A stretch of DNA of 64,000 nucleotides from an uncultured Pseudomonadota bacterium (GTDB lineage Bacteria > Oederibacteriota > Muellerivitia > Muellerivitales > Muellerivitaceae), in contig CAVYRH010000010.1 in the NCBI GenBank assembly GCA_963770835.1, forward strand, positions 96,001 to 160,000, written 5' to 3'. The notes under the pieces are model-generated. The model ran no database searches and was not told the origin of the DNA. It saw only the letters and a program-made list of their open reading frames with translations. Of the stretch, positions 16,983-26,341 are shown piece after piece (the stretch's first letter is position 1; every line of letters begins with the position of its first letter). The position numbers were made by a program, and so were the translations under genes.

Positions 16983-18080
16983 TTGCCCTCCTCCCCCGTG
17001 AAGTGCATCGGCATCCTGACTGGCGGCGGAGACTGCCCCGGCCTGAACGCGGTTATCCGCGCGGTCGTCAAAAGCGCGTCCCAAAGCAAGACCGACGTCA
17101 TCGGCATCCGGGACGGTTTCCTGGGACTGGTGGAAAGAAACATGCGGATTTTGGGTCTTGAGGACGTTTCCAATATCCTTACCCTGGGGGGAACCATCCT
17201 CGGGTCTTCCAACAAGGACAACCCTTTCCACATGCTGGAAAAAAACGCCGCGGGCAAGGTGCATTCCCGCGACCGAAGCAAGGAAATCCCCAAGACCCTC
17301 CAACGCCTTGGCGTGGAAGCCTTGGTCGTATTGGGGGGCGACGGCAGCATGACGGTGGCCAATAAGCTCGCCGCCATGGGCGTCAAGATCGTGGGTGTTC
17401 CCAAGACCATCGACAACGATTTGGTGGGCACGGACCAGACTTTCGGCTACGACACGGCGGTTTCGGTGGCCACGGAGGCCGTCGACCGGCTTCACACGGT
17501 GGCCGATTCGCACCACCGGGTCATTGTCGTCGAGGTCATGGGGCGCTACGCCGGCTGGCTGGCCCTGGGAGCGGGCATCGCGGGCGGGGGGGACATCATC
17601 CTTATCCCCGAGATGCCCTACGACGAGAAGAAGGTTGGCGAAGCCATCTGGGGCAGGCGTAAGAAGGGCAAGAAAAGCAGCATCATCGTTGTCGCCGAGG
17701 GCGCCCATTCCAAGGGTGGCAAGATGGTGGTTGACCGCATCAATCCCCTTTCGGAGGAAAGGATCCGCTTGGGCGGAGTCAGCCGTGAACTGGCCCACCA
17801 TCTGGAAACCAAATCCGGCGTTGAAACCCGATCGGTCATTTTGGGACACGTGGTGCGGGGCGGCTGCCCTACGGCCTTTGACCGCAACCTGGCCACCCTT
17901 TTCGGGGTCCATGCCATGGAACTGGTCTTGAAGGGCCAGTTCGGCCGGATGGTGGCCCTGCGGAATACCCGGATGTCCTCGGTACCGCTATCCGAGGTCG
18001 GGGGAAAGGTCCGCAAGGTGCCCTTGGACCATGGATGGATCAAGGCGGCCCAAAGCATCGGCGTCGAATTCGGGGTCTAA
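16983..18080 (+). CDS. pfkA: 6-phosphofructokinase
   Basis: GILTGGGDCPGLNAVIR, GGDGS, PKTIDND, EVMGR, LGHVVRGG. Confidence 0.96.
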   Translation: MPSSPVKCIGILTGGGDCPGLNAVIRAVVKSASQSKTDVIGIRDGFLGLVERNMRILGLEDVSNILTLGGTILGSSNKDNPFHMLEKNAAGKVHSRDRSKEIPKTLQRLGVEALVVLGGDGSMTVANKLAAMGVKIVGVPKTIDNDLVGTDQTFGYDTAVSVATEAVDRLHTVADSHHRVIVVEVMGRYAGWLALGAGIAGGGDIILIPEMPYDEKKVGEAIWGRRKKGKKSSIIVVAEGAHSKGGKMVVDRINPLSEERIRLGGVSRELAHHLETKSGVETRSVILGHVVRGGCPTAFDRNLATLFGVHAMELVLKGQFGRMVALRNTRMSSVPLSEVGGKVRKVPLDHGWIKAAQSIGVEFGV

Positions 18081-18082
18081 AA

Positions 18083-18188
18083 AATTTTAAATTTTGAATG
18101 TTAAATTTTGAATTCCGGCCAATTTTCATTTGGCGAATCAAATGGAAATTTTCAATCATTTAAAATTAAGAATTTAGAATTCAAAATT
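18083..18188. repeat. Inverted pair of AT-rich heptamer arrays
   Basis: AATTTTA AATTTTG AATGTTA AATTTTG AATT ... TAAAATT AAGAATT TAGAATT CAAAATT, where the second arm is the reverse complement of the same unit. Confidence 0.8.
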
Positions 18189-18672
18189 GAGGATCTCTTT
18201 GACGGCTGATGAAATTATTAACCAGTTGAAGCTGAAGCCCCATCCCGAGGGAGGTTATTACCGGGAAACCTACCGCAGTCCGGACATTCCGGGTTCCAAC
18301 CCTCGACGGGCCTACTCCACGGCCATTTATTACCTTTTGGTTCCAGGCTCGGTGTCCAAGATGCACCGGCTCACGGCGGATGAAGTATTCCATTTTTACA
18401 TGGGCGACCCAGTGACCTGGATTTTGTTGTCCCCGGAAGGTAATGTGAAGAAAATCATCCTGGGGCAGGACATCAAAAGGGGCCATCAATTGCAGATGGT
18501 GTTATCCGCCGGAACGTGGTTTGGAGGCTTTTTGAACGAAGGCGGACAATATGCCTTGATGGGGACCACCGTAGCACCCGGCTTTGAGTTTAAGGACTTT
18601 GTCCTCGGCAAGCGGGATGAGCTTTTAAAGGCCTTTCCAAAGGCCGAAAAGGAAATAATCGGGCTGACGTGA
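18187..18672 (+). CDS. Cupin_5 / DUF985 family protein
   Basis: LKPHPEGGYYRE, STAIYYLL, HRL..DEVFHFY.G, VAPGFEFKDF. Confidence 0.93.
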   Translation: MRISLTADEIINQLKLKPHPEGGYYRETYRSPDIPGSNPRRAYSTAIYYLLVPGSVSKMHRLTADEVFHFYMGDPVTWILLSPEGNVKKIILGQDIKRGHQLQMVLSAGTWFGGFLNEGGQYALMGTTVAPGFEFKDFVLGKRDELLKAFPKAEKEIIGLT

Positions 18673-18738
18673 AACCTCAAGGCGGCTGAAACAGTAATAT
18701 ATAGTGAGGCTCGAGTTTTTAACTCCAAGGAGGATGAA

Positions 18739-19155
18739 GTGAAAAAGTTATTGGCGTTTCTTTTGGCGGTAGGTTTTATGGCGGCTTATTCGATTGGAAG
18801 AGCCGATGACATGGCCATGGATAAGGGCGACAAGGCTAAGAAAGTGACCCTCACCGGGACCCTCGTGGATGTGGCTTGTTATTTGGACGACGGCGACACC
18901 GGAAACGACCATGGCGGCATGAAAGCCTGTGGTACGGATTGCTTGAAGGGCGGGAGCCCGGCGGGCCTCCTGGTGGACAAGAAACTTTATATCCTGGTCT
19001 TCCCGGCCCCGGTTTTGAAAGACTACGTGGGGCAGCAATTGGAACTAACGGGGATGGATTACGGCTCCGGCAATTTTATTCCTTCCAAGGCCGCGGTGGT
19101 GGACAAGTCCGGAAAGAAGAAAGAAATCATCATCAAGGGCAAGGCGATGATGTAA
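18739..19155 (+). CDS. Secreted hypothetical protein with clustered Cys/His residues
   Basis: SD AAGGAGG, GTG start, signal peptide; GTLVDVACY...DH...ACGTDCLKGGSP. Confidence 0.8.
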   Translation: MKKLLAFLLAVGFMAAYSIGRADDMAMDKGDKAKKVTLTGTLVDVACYLDDGDTGNDHGGMKACGTDCLKGGSPAGLLVDKKLYILVFPAPVLKDYVGQQLELTGMDYGSGNFIPSKAAVVDKSGKKKEIIIKGKAMM

Positions 19156-19158
19156 AAG

Positions 19159-19189
19159 CAGTTGGCGGTTGACGGTCCACAGTCGACAG
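19159..19189 (+). repeat. Degenerate heptamer array
   Basis: CAGTTGG CGGTTGA CGGTCCA CAGTCGA CAG; shares the 15-mer GTCCACAGTCGACAG with 814-828. Confidence 0.75.
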
Positions 19190-19198
19190 GTAAGTCCT

Positions 19199-19237
19199 AA
19201 AAACACCTTGGGTAAAGTCCAAGGTGTTTTTTTATTT
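19199..19237 (+). terminator. Rho-independent terminator, possibly bidirectional
   Basis: AAAAACACCTTGG-GTAAAGT-CCAAGGTGTTTTT followed by TTATTT. Confidence 0.85.
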
Positions 19238-19268
19238 AAGGAGGGGGGAAGACCTGTAAAATGCGGGC

Positions 19269-20051
19269 ATGATTAACGGCTTGCCCCGCCAACAACTTAA
19301 GCACTTTCTTTCTGTGGCCCGGGTTGCCGCCCAAAAAGGCGGACAAAGGGCGTCGAAATACTTCCGTAAAAACATCGCCATCGTCAAGAAGGTAGACCGC
19401 TCGCCCGTTACCCGGGCAGACCGCGAGGCGGAACAGGTTATCCGGGGGATCCTCCAAAAAACCTTCCCCACGCACCAGTTGTGCGGCGAAGAATATGGTT
19501 GGGATAAGAACCTTCAAACCGACTTCAAATGGTGGATTGATCCCGTGGACGGTACCTGCCAGTTCATCCGAGGTATCCCTTTTTGGGGGACGCTCGTGGC
19601 GCTGGAATACCGGGGGGAAGTGGTGGCGGGCGTCATCCATCATCCCGCCATAGGCTTGACCCTTTGGGCAGCCAAGGGGATGGGCTGCTATGCCAACGGC
19701 CAAAAGGCCCATGTTTCTAAGATTCCAAACCTGAAAGGGGGCACCCTTACCTATGGGGGTTTGCGCCTCACCCCCGTGTCCTATAGGAGGAAGCTGACAG
19801 ACCTGATCGCCACCTGCTACGACGACCGGGCTTTTGGGGACTGCTTTGGGCATTCCCTGGTCATCCAAGGCATGGTAGAAGCCATGTTGGACCCGGTGGT
19901 GAAGCCTTACGACGTGGCGGCCATCAAGATTTGCGTGGAAGAGGCTGGCGGCCGGTTTACCGACCTCAAGGGCAAGGGAACCATTTATGGCGGGAACGCG
20001 CTGTCCAGCAACGGCCTGGTCCATTCCCAAATCCTGAAGGTTGTCCGGTAA
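19269..20051 (+). CDS. hisN: Inositol monophosphatase family, histidinol-phosphatase HisN-like
   Basis: SPVTRADREAE, GEEYG, WIDPVDGT..FIRGIP.WGTL, YDVAA...VEEAGG. Confidence 0.85.
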   Translation: MINGLPRQQLKHFLSVARVAAQKGGQRASKYFRKNIAIVKKVDRSPVTRADREAEQVIRGILQKTFPTHQLCGEEYGWDKNLQTDFKWWIDPVDGTCQFIRGIPFWGTLVALEYRGEVVAGVIHHPAIGLTLWAAKGMGCYANGQKAHVSKIPNLKGGTLTYGGLRLTPVSYRRKLTDLIATCYDDRAFGDCFGHSLVIQGMVEAMLDPVVKPYDVAAIKICVEEAGGRFTDLKGKGTIYGGNALSSNGLVHSQILKVVR

Positions 20052-20092
20052 GGCTATAATAAAAGCAGTCCTAAATACCAAGGAGGCCGCCC

Positions 20093-20359
20093 ATGGGCAA
20101 CTGGCATGACCCTCACAGTCTCATCGGAATCGTTTTGGTTGGGATTTTAACGGGCTGGCTGGCCAGTAAACTGGTCCACGGAAAGGGAATGGGCATCATT
20201 CCCGATATGGTGGTGGGCATCCTCGGAGCCCTCTTGGGGGGCTTTCTCGCCAATTTCTTCCACATTCCCATGGATAACGCTCTGGAGACCTTCGGCGTTT
20301 ATGTTTTGGGCTCAGTGGTTTTGCTGGTCGGCATCCGGCTGCTGAAACCCGCGAATTAA
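20093..20359 (+). CDS. GlsB/YeaQ/YmgE family small membrane protein
   Basis: GILTGWLASKL..G.GMG...DMVVGILGALLGG. Confidence 0.92.
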   Translation: MGNWHDPHSLIGIVLVGILTGWLASKLVHGKGMGIIPDMVVGILGALLGGFLANFFHIPMDNALETFGVYVLGSVVLLVGIRLLKPAN

Positions 20360-20369
20360 CGGACAGGCC

Positions 20370-20993
20370 ATGTACGTTCCCCCCTCCTTTCGGGAAGACC
20401 AACCCGAGAAACTTTATGAATTCATCAAGTCCTATAGTTTTGGAACGCTTTTTTCCGGCGCGGAAAGTAACCTGCAAGCCAGCCATTTGCCCTTTTTGCT
20501 CGATGAAAAAGCGGGAACCCAAGGCATATTGACCGGCCATATGGCCAAGGCCAATACCCATTGGCAGACCCTTTCGGACAAGGAAGTGTTGGTGGTTTTC
20601 CAGGGGCCCCATGTTTATATCTCGCCTAGTTGGTACGAAGAACCCGAGACCGTGCCCAACTGGAACTATGTGGCGGTGCATGTTTACGGGAAATATGTTT
20701 CAGTCACGGACGAAAACAAACTCTGGCAGATTTTGGAAAAAACGGTCGGAGTCTACGAAGCCGCCATGCCAAAGCCCTGGGATATGAAGGAACTGCCGGA
20801 AGCTTTTTTTGAAAAGATGCTGAAGATGATCGTCGGGTTTGAAATCCCGATTAGCCGTATCGAGGGCAAGTGGAAGCTCAGCCAAAACCATTCGGAAACC
20901 AGGCGCCAAAAGGTCGTCCAAGCCTTGGAGAAACAGGGAAAGCCCAACGGCTTGGAAATCGCAAGGCTGATGGCCCCAAAGGATAAATCATGA
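20370..20993 (+). CDS. paiB: PaiB-like FMN-binding protein
   Basis: MYVPPSF, ASHLPF, GHMAKAN, GPHVYISPSWY, VPNWNY.AVH, KWKLSQN. Confidence 0.93.
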   Translation: MYVPPSFREDQPEKLYEFIKSYSFGTLFSGAESNLQASHLPFLLDEKAGTQGILTGHMAKANTHWQTLSDKEVLVVFQGPHVYISPSWYEEPETVPNWNYVAVHVYGKYVSVTDENKLWQILEKTVGVYEAAMPKPWDMKELPEAFFEKMLKMIVGFEIPISRIEGKWKLSQNHSETRRQKVVQALEKQGKPNGLEIARLMAPKDKS

Positions 20994-21730
20994 TCCGCAA
21001 GAAGAAAGTCGTGGTGGTCATGCCCGCCTACAACGCGGCCAAGACCTTGAAGAAGACCTACGATGAAGTGGATAAGGACATTGTGGATGAAATGATCCTA
21101 GTGGATGACGCCAGTCGGGATGAAACCGTTAAGCTGGCCAAGAAACTCAAAATCCAGACCCTGGTGCATCCCCAAAACCGGGGTTACGGCGGCAACCAGA
21201 AAACCTGTTATGCCGCGGCTTTGAAGCGCAAGGCGGACATCGTCATCATGCTTCATCCGGACTACCAATATACGCCCAAGCTGATACCCGCCATGGCCCA
21301 TATGCTGGCTTGCGGGGAATATGACGTGGTGCTGGGTTCCCGCATTTTGGGCGGGCAAGCCTTGAAGGGCGGTATGCCGCTTTACAAGTACATCAGCAAC
21401 CGATTTTTGACATTCACCCAAAACGTCCTCATGGGAGCCAAGTTATCCGAATACCACACGGGCTACCGGGCCTTTACCCGCCAGGTTTTGGAGGCCCTAC
21501 CTTTGGAAAAGAATTCAGATGACTTCATCTTTGATAACCAAATGCTTTCGCAGATCCATTACTTGGGTTTCCGCATCGCGGAGGTTACCTGCCCCGCCAA
21601 GTACTTCGCTGAGGCTTCCTCCATCAATTTCGTCCGTAGTACGAAATATGGGTTGGGATGTCTTTGGACGGCCCTGCAATTCCGTTTGAGTAGGATGGGA
21701 TTTGGATTTGATCTTTTTAAGTTCAAATAA
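20990..21730 (+). CDS. Glycosyltransferase family 2 (polyprenol-phosphate sugar synthase-like)
   Basis: VVMPAYNA, LVDDASRD, NRGYGGNQKT, HPDYQY, SEYHTGYRA. Confidence 0.93.
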   Translation: MIRKKKVVVVMPAYNAAKTLKKTYDEVDKDIVDEMILVDDASRDETVKLAKKLKIQTLVHPQNRGYGGNQKTCYAAALKRKADIVIMLHPDYQYTPKLIPAMAHMLACGEYDVVLGSRILGGQALKGGMPLYKYISNRFLTFTQNVLMGAKLSEYHTGYRAFTRQVLEALPLEKNSDDFIFDNQMLSQIHYLGFRIAEVTCPAKYFAEASSINFVRSTKYGLGCLWTALQFRLSRMGFGFDLFKFK

Positions 21731-21785
21731 ATTTTAAAATTTTTGAGTTCGTTTTGTTGAGCAACTCAAAGAGAAAGAATCTCGA

Positions 21786-22760
21786 ATGAAAATATTTTAT
21801 TTCATACTTAAAACCTTCTTTTTCTTTGCTTTCTCAATTTCTAATGTTTGGAGCGATGACACTTACTTTGGTGGCGTTGGAACTTCGGTTTTTCCTTCAA
21901 AAAAAACTAATGTCAGAATGGTCTCTGAAATGGTCCGCCTAAAATACCAGGCCGGATTGAGATTTGATGGAACCGTTTTTGCAGATTGCGACTTTTATTT
22001 TATTAGTCCCGAAAGCGACGATGACATAACTATGGGGTTTCCTGCTGAGCCTTATGAAGGTCCGGATGATGAAGATAAACCCGATCTTTCCCATTTGCTG
22101 ATCAGAAACTTCACTGTTTCTGTCGATGGACAGAAAACGAGCTTTGAACTAAAGAAAATATCAAAAAGAAAAGGCTTGGATTTTGAGTACGCGTTTTTGT
22201 GGGAAGTAAAACTACCTAAAGGCAAGATCGTTCATCTACATCACACCTACGATTACAAGGATAGTGGCGATAGCATCGGTCAATCTTGGGTTTCTTACAT
22301 CCTGAAGTCTGGAGCATTGTGGAATGGTTCGATTGAAAAAGCTGAAATTGTTTTGGACATGGATAAAAGTGTTGATAAGGCTGACATTCAGTCTATCCAA
22401 CCTGATGGCTACTATATGAATAATGGAACAATTCACTGGGTCTTTAAAAATTTCAAACCTTTTAAAGATATTTTGGTCAAATTTAAGACAGGTGAATACA
22501 AGCTCAAACAAATTTCCGGCTTTATGACAGGCCTTCAGGATAAAACCTCCCAAGAATTGCGACTAATGAGAAATGAAGTTTATGCTAGACATGGCATGGC
22601 TTTTAATTCCAAGGATCTGCAAGAATATTTTTCTAAACAGTCTTGGTATCAGCCAATTGATAATTTTTCACTGGATATGCTTTCTCCAGAGGAGAAAAAG
22701 TTTATTTTGGATATAGAAACAATCGAAAAGAAAAAAGACCCATTGAAGACTAATCGTTAA
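21786..22760 (+). CDS. Secreted DUF4424-like + YARHG domain protein; AT-rich gene
   Basis: Signal peptide; YILKSGALWNGSI; LRLMRNEVYARHG..F....LQEYF..QSWY. Confidence 0.88.
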   Translation: MKIFYFILKTFFFFAFSISNVWSDDTYFGGVGTSVFPSKKTNVRMVSEMVRLKYQAGLRFDGTVFADCDFYFISPESDDDITMGFPAEPYEGPDDEDKPDLSHLLIRNFTVSVDGQKTSFELKKISKRKGLDFEYAFLWEVKLPKGKIVHLHHTYDYKDSGDSIGQSWVSYILKSGALWNGSIEKAEIVLDMDKSVDKADIQSIQPDGYYMNNGTIHWVFKNFKPFKDILVKFKTGEYKLKQISGFMTGLQDKTSQELRLMRNEVYARHGMAFNSKDLQEYFSKQSWYQPIDNFSLDMLSPEEKKFILDIETIEKKKDPLKTNR

Positions 22761-22780
22761 ATTTGAAGAACGGAGTCACC

Positions 22781-24271
22781 GTGTCCAAACTGATCCTAGC
22801 CATTGACCAAGGCACCACCGGCACACGGACCTACCTCTTTGACCATTCCGGCAAAGTGGTAGGGAGTGCCTACCAGGAATTTACCCAATATTTCCCTAAG
22901 CCGGGTTGGGTGGAGCATGATGCCAATGAGATTTGGCGGACGGTCGAAGAAACGGGGAAGAAAGCCCTAAAGTCTGCAAGCATAAAGCCCTCCCAAGTAA
23001 GGGCCATTGGCATTACAAACCAGCGGGAAACCACTGTTATTTGGGACAGAAAAACCGGCAAGCCTATCCATCGCGCCATTGTCTGGCAATGCCGCCGGAC
23101 GGCCCACCGCTGCGATCAGTTGAAGGCCCAAGGCAAAGAAAAGCTGTTTCTGAACAAGACGGGCCTGATGATCGACGCTTATTTTTCCGGCACGAAGGTA
23201 GAATGGCTTCTTCAAAACGTTCTGGGAGCCGCTCAAAAGGCGGCGAAGGGTGGGCTTGTCTTCGGAACGATCGACACATGGCTCTTATGGAACCTCACAG
23301 GCGGCCAATCCCATGCCACTGACTATTCCAATGCCTCCCGCACGCTTCTTTTTAATATCCGGAGCAAGCAATGGGACTCCCAATTGTTGAAAATCCTGCA
23401 TATGCCGGCCGCACTTTTGCCGAAGGTACAGGCTTCCGCCAGCCAATTTGGGGCCACTTCAGCCCGCAGTTACCTCGGCTCAGGGATTCCTATTACCGGC
23501 ATCGTGGGAGACCAGCAAGCGGCCCTTTTTGGACAGGGTTGCCATGAGCCCGGCAGCTTGAAAAGCACTTATGGTACAGGTTGTTTCCTGCTCTTAAACT
23601 TGGGAAAGAAATTTATTCTCTCCAAAAACAAACTTTTAACGACATTGGCTTGCGATGGCAAGGGCCAGCCGGTCTATGCCCTGGAAGGGTCAGTTTTTAT
23701 TGGGGGGGCGGCGGTTCAATGGATCAGGGATGGCTTAGGACTCATTAAGACCGCGCCGGAGTCCGAAACCATCGCGAAAAAAGTTGCGAATACGGGCGGG
23801 GTTTACCTGGTTCCGGCTTTTGTGGGGTTAGGTGCTCCCTATTGGGATGCCCACGCCCGCGGGGCCCTCGTCGGAATAACCCGTGGAACGAAAAGGGAAC
23901 ATGTGGTCCGGGCAACCCTGGAATCCATGGCTTATCAATCGAAGGACTTGGTTGATGCCATGTTGAAGGATTCCAATTTGAAATTGAAAGAGCTTCGGGT
24001 GGATGGCGGAGCCTGCAAAAACAACATGCTCATGCAATTCCAAGCCGACATTCTCAAAGTCAAAATCAACCGCCCCAAAGTGGTGGAAACCACCGCCATG
24101 GGCGCAGCCTTCCTGGCGGGATTGCAGATTGGTTATTGGAAGAATAGTGCTGAAATCCAAAAGATCCGTAGAGTGGATAAAATGTTCCAACCAAAAATGA
24201 AGGACAACATGAGAAAGCATTTGTGGGGCGGTTGGAAAGCAGCGATTCAGCATGTGTTAACTAAGAATTAA
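22781..24271 (+). CDS. glpK: Glycerol kinase
   Basis: LAIDQGTTGTR, GITNQRET, GDQQAALFG, YALEGS, LRVDGG; GTG start after GGAG. Confidence 0.97.
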   Translation: MSKLILAIDQGTTGTRTYLFDHSGKVVGSAYQEFTQYFPKPGWVEHDANEIWRTVEETGKKALKSASIKPSQVRAIGITNQRETTVIWDRKTGKPIHRAIVWQCRRTAHRCDQLKAQGKEKLFLNKTGLMIDAYFSGTKVEWLLQNVLGAAQKAAKGGLVFGTIDTWLLWNLTGGQSHATDYSNASRTLLFNIRSKQWDSQLLKILHMPAALLPKVQASASQFGATSARSYLGSGIPITGIVGDQQAALFGQGCHEPGSLKSTYGTGCFLLLNLGKKFILSKNKLLTTLACDGKGQPVYALEGSVFIGGAAVQWIRDGLGLIKTAPESETIAKKVANTGGVYLVPAFVGLGAPYWDAHARGALVGITRGTKREHVVRATLESMAYQSKDLVDAMLKDSNLKLKELRVDGGACKNNMLMQFQADILKVKINRPKVVETTAMGAAFLAGLQIGYWKNSAEIQKIRRVDKMFQPKMKDNMRKHLWGGWKAAIQHVLTKN

Positions 24272-24831
24272 TTGTGATTTCTATTTTTGAGTGATTTTTC
24301 AAGAACGGCTAATATTTCATTTTCCTCAACCGTCGTCGGTTGGACATTCAAACAGGTTTTTCTTCCCACCACTTGCGGATTAAAGACGATCACCTTCACC
24401 AATGTTTCCTCCGAGCCTTGTGGAATGATGTGCAATTGAAAATCGGCTGTATATTCCACAGGCCTTCCCAACCAATCCGTGTACACCGTTGATTTGCAAA
24501 CCGGGGTTTGATTGCAGCTGATGTAAACGTCATTTTCGTTCACGGGATTTTTAAATATTTTTATCCCGTCTGGATGGTGGTCGCCCTTCCAATACAAAGT
24601 AAACAGCGCTGGAAAATTGGACGGATTTTTGAAAATATTTTGAGGATCATCTTTAAAAATTTCGTTGATGGCCTTTTGAACCTGATAGACCGATCCTTTA
24701 AGGACCACTTGAGTCGGGAAGGGTTGGGCCGGAAGATTCGTATTTACTGCCAATTGGCCACATCCGGAAAGCGCTAAAACCATTAAAAATAGCCAGTTTT
24801 TGAAGGCTTTTACGGTCCGAAAAGACTCCAA
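24268..24831 (-). CDS. Hypothetical lipoprotein
   Basis: Lipobox LSGC; SD GGAGGTG upstream; relatively AT-rich. Confidence 0.75.
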   Translation of the reverse strand: MESFRTVKAFKNWLFLMVLALSGCGQLAVNTNLPAQPFPTQVVLKGSVYQVQKAINEIFKDDPQNIFKNPSNFPALFTLYWKGDHHPDGIKIFKNPVNENDVYISCNQTPVCKSTVYTDWLGRPVEYTADFQLHIIPQGSEETLVKVIVFNPQVVGRKTCLNVQPTTVEENEILAVLEKSLKNRNHN

Positions 24832-24933
24832 AATCCACCTCCCCTTCCTAGAATCCCTGAAACCGGCTTCATTTTACACTGTCTTGAGGTTTCAGCCCCC
24901 ATGTAAATTCCCCTATTTTTCAACAAAATCCGC

Positions 24934-25003
24934 TTGACGGCATCCGTAAGTGGGCCAATAATGGCGCGAAGTGGGAAAAAGTGGGTTAAAGTGGTGAAAA
25001 GTC
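24934..25003 (+). promoter_or_regulatory. dcw promoter with MraZ-binding direct repeats
   Basis: TTGACG-17-AATAAT; AAGTGG repeats at 10-nt period (24969, 24979, 24989) plus one at 24948, matching GTGG-type MraZ boxes. Confidence 0.85.
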
Positions 25004-25041
25004 AAAAACCCTTTATTTTGCTGGGAAAAGTGGAGACTTAA

Positions 25042-25500
25042 GTGTTCCGAGGGATCTTTCACAATTCATTGGATGAAAAGGGCCGGACCAGCATCCCGGC
25101 GCGGTTCCGCGAACAAATCCGTGACGGCCATGAAACACCCCTGGTTTTGACCCTGGGTTTCGACCAATGCCTTTTTCTGTACCCCATGGACGCTTGGAAA
25201 AAGATCGAGGAGAAGCTGGCCTCCCTGGACACCTTGAACGCCGAGGTCCGCCAGTTCCAGCGCACGATCCTCAAAGCTACCGACGAAGTGGAGATGGACC
25301 AGCAAGGACGAATTGTGATTTCGCCGGTGTTGCGGAAGGAAGCGGGCATCAACAAGAGCGTGGTGGTCGTAGGGATGCTTCACCGCATCGAAATTTGGGA
25401 CAAGGAAAAATACGAGAACTACCACGCGCAAACGACTCAATCACTCGAACTTTTAGGGCAAAAGCTCTCTGACAAGGGCATTCAATCATTAACGCTTTAA
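25042..25500 (+). CDS. mraZ: Transcriptional regulator MraZ
   Basis: MFRG...LDEKGR.SIPARFR, D.QGRI, RIEIWD. Confidence 0.97.
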   Translation: MFRGIFHNSLDEKGRTSIPARFREQIRDGHETPLVLTLGFDQCLFLYPMDAWKKIEEKLASLDTLNAEVRQFQRTILKATDEVEMDQQGRIVISPVLRKEAGINKSVVVVGMLHRIEIWDKEKYENYHAQTTQSLELLGQKLSDKGIQSLTL

Positions 25501-25566
25501 CAAGGAACGGTGGGCGACCCTGAAAGGCGCCCAATCCGGTCCCACGGTTCCTTCGGAGGTTGGCAG

Positions 25567-25920
25567 ATGGAAATCGGAATCGAGATAAAGGAAAGGTTCT
25601 CCTTGGTCCACGTGAACGGGGACATGAGTGAGGACGACCTTGGGAAACTGGGGAATGCGATCGAAACATTGATGAAGAAAGGCTATCTGCACGTGGTTTT
25701 GGACTTGGCCGACGTTTCGTTCATGAACGCCAAAGGGTTGGGGGCCCTGGTCAATCACTGGACCCATGTGCGCTTCAAGAGGGGGGATCTCCGGATCGTG
25801 GGGCTCAACAGCCGCCTCATGCATCTTTTCCGGGTCATGGGCGTGGACGCCCTGTTCGACGTCTACCAGGACGTCGGGGAAATGATGGAGAAAACCGGGC
25901 GGATGCCAGCTGTCGCCTAA
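25567..25920 (+). CDS. STAS-domain (anti-sigma antagonist-like) protein 1
   Basis: SD GGAGGT then ATG 25567; VVLDLADVSFMNAKGLGALV...GDLRIVGL....LFRVMG. Confidence 0.88.
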   Translation: MEIGIEIKERFSLVHVNGDMSEDDLGKLGNAIETLMKKGYLHVVLDLADVSFMNAKGLGALVNHWTHVRFKRGDLRIVGLNSRLMHLFRVMGVDALFDVYQDVGEMMEKTGRMPAVA

Positions 25921-25957
25921 CGACAGTTCGCAGTCGGCAGCCGACAGTTCGCAGTTT
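25921..25957 (+). repeat. Degenerate heptamer array
   Basis: CGACAGT TCGCAGT CGGCAGC CGACAGT TCGCAGT immediately after the STAS1 stop. Confidence 0.8.
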
Positions 25958-26005
25958 TGAAAACTTATAACGAATAACTTAAAACCGAAACTCCCGGAGG
26001 GGAAA

Positions 26006-26341
26006 GTGGCCGTTTACACAACCAACGAAACCATCACCGTGCTGCGATTGTCAGGTGACGTCAGCATTTCCGACATGGACGCCCTGCTCCGGAAAATGAC
26101 GGATTTGGTTTTGGAGAACAAAAACAAGGTCGTCTTGAATTTCCGCCAGGTGAAGCACGTTTCACTCAACGCCATCTCGAAGCTGGCCGAACGGAACCAG
26201 CGTTTCAAGGGCCTTGGCGGGGAAATCAAACTGGCCGGGCTGATTCCCTACGTGGCCAACCTCTTCAAACTGGTCGGGGCTTATTCCAGCTTCGACGTGG
26301 TTTTGGATGAGGAAGAAGCCGTCGCCCGCTTTGAAAGCTGA
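26006..26341 (+). CDS. STAS-domain (anti-sigma antagonist-like) protein 2
   Basis: SD GGAGG then GTG; VLRLSGDV, KVVLNFRQVKHV, GGEIKLAGL..YV..LFKLVG, EEEAV. Confidence 0.88.
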   Translation: MAVYTTNETITVLRLSGDVSISDMDALLRKMTDLVLENKNKVVLNFRQVKHVSLNAISKLAERNQRFKGLGGEIKLAGLIPYVANLFKLVGAYSSFDVVLDEEEAVARFES

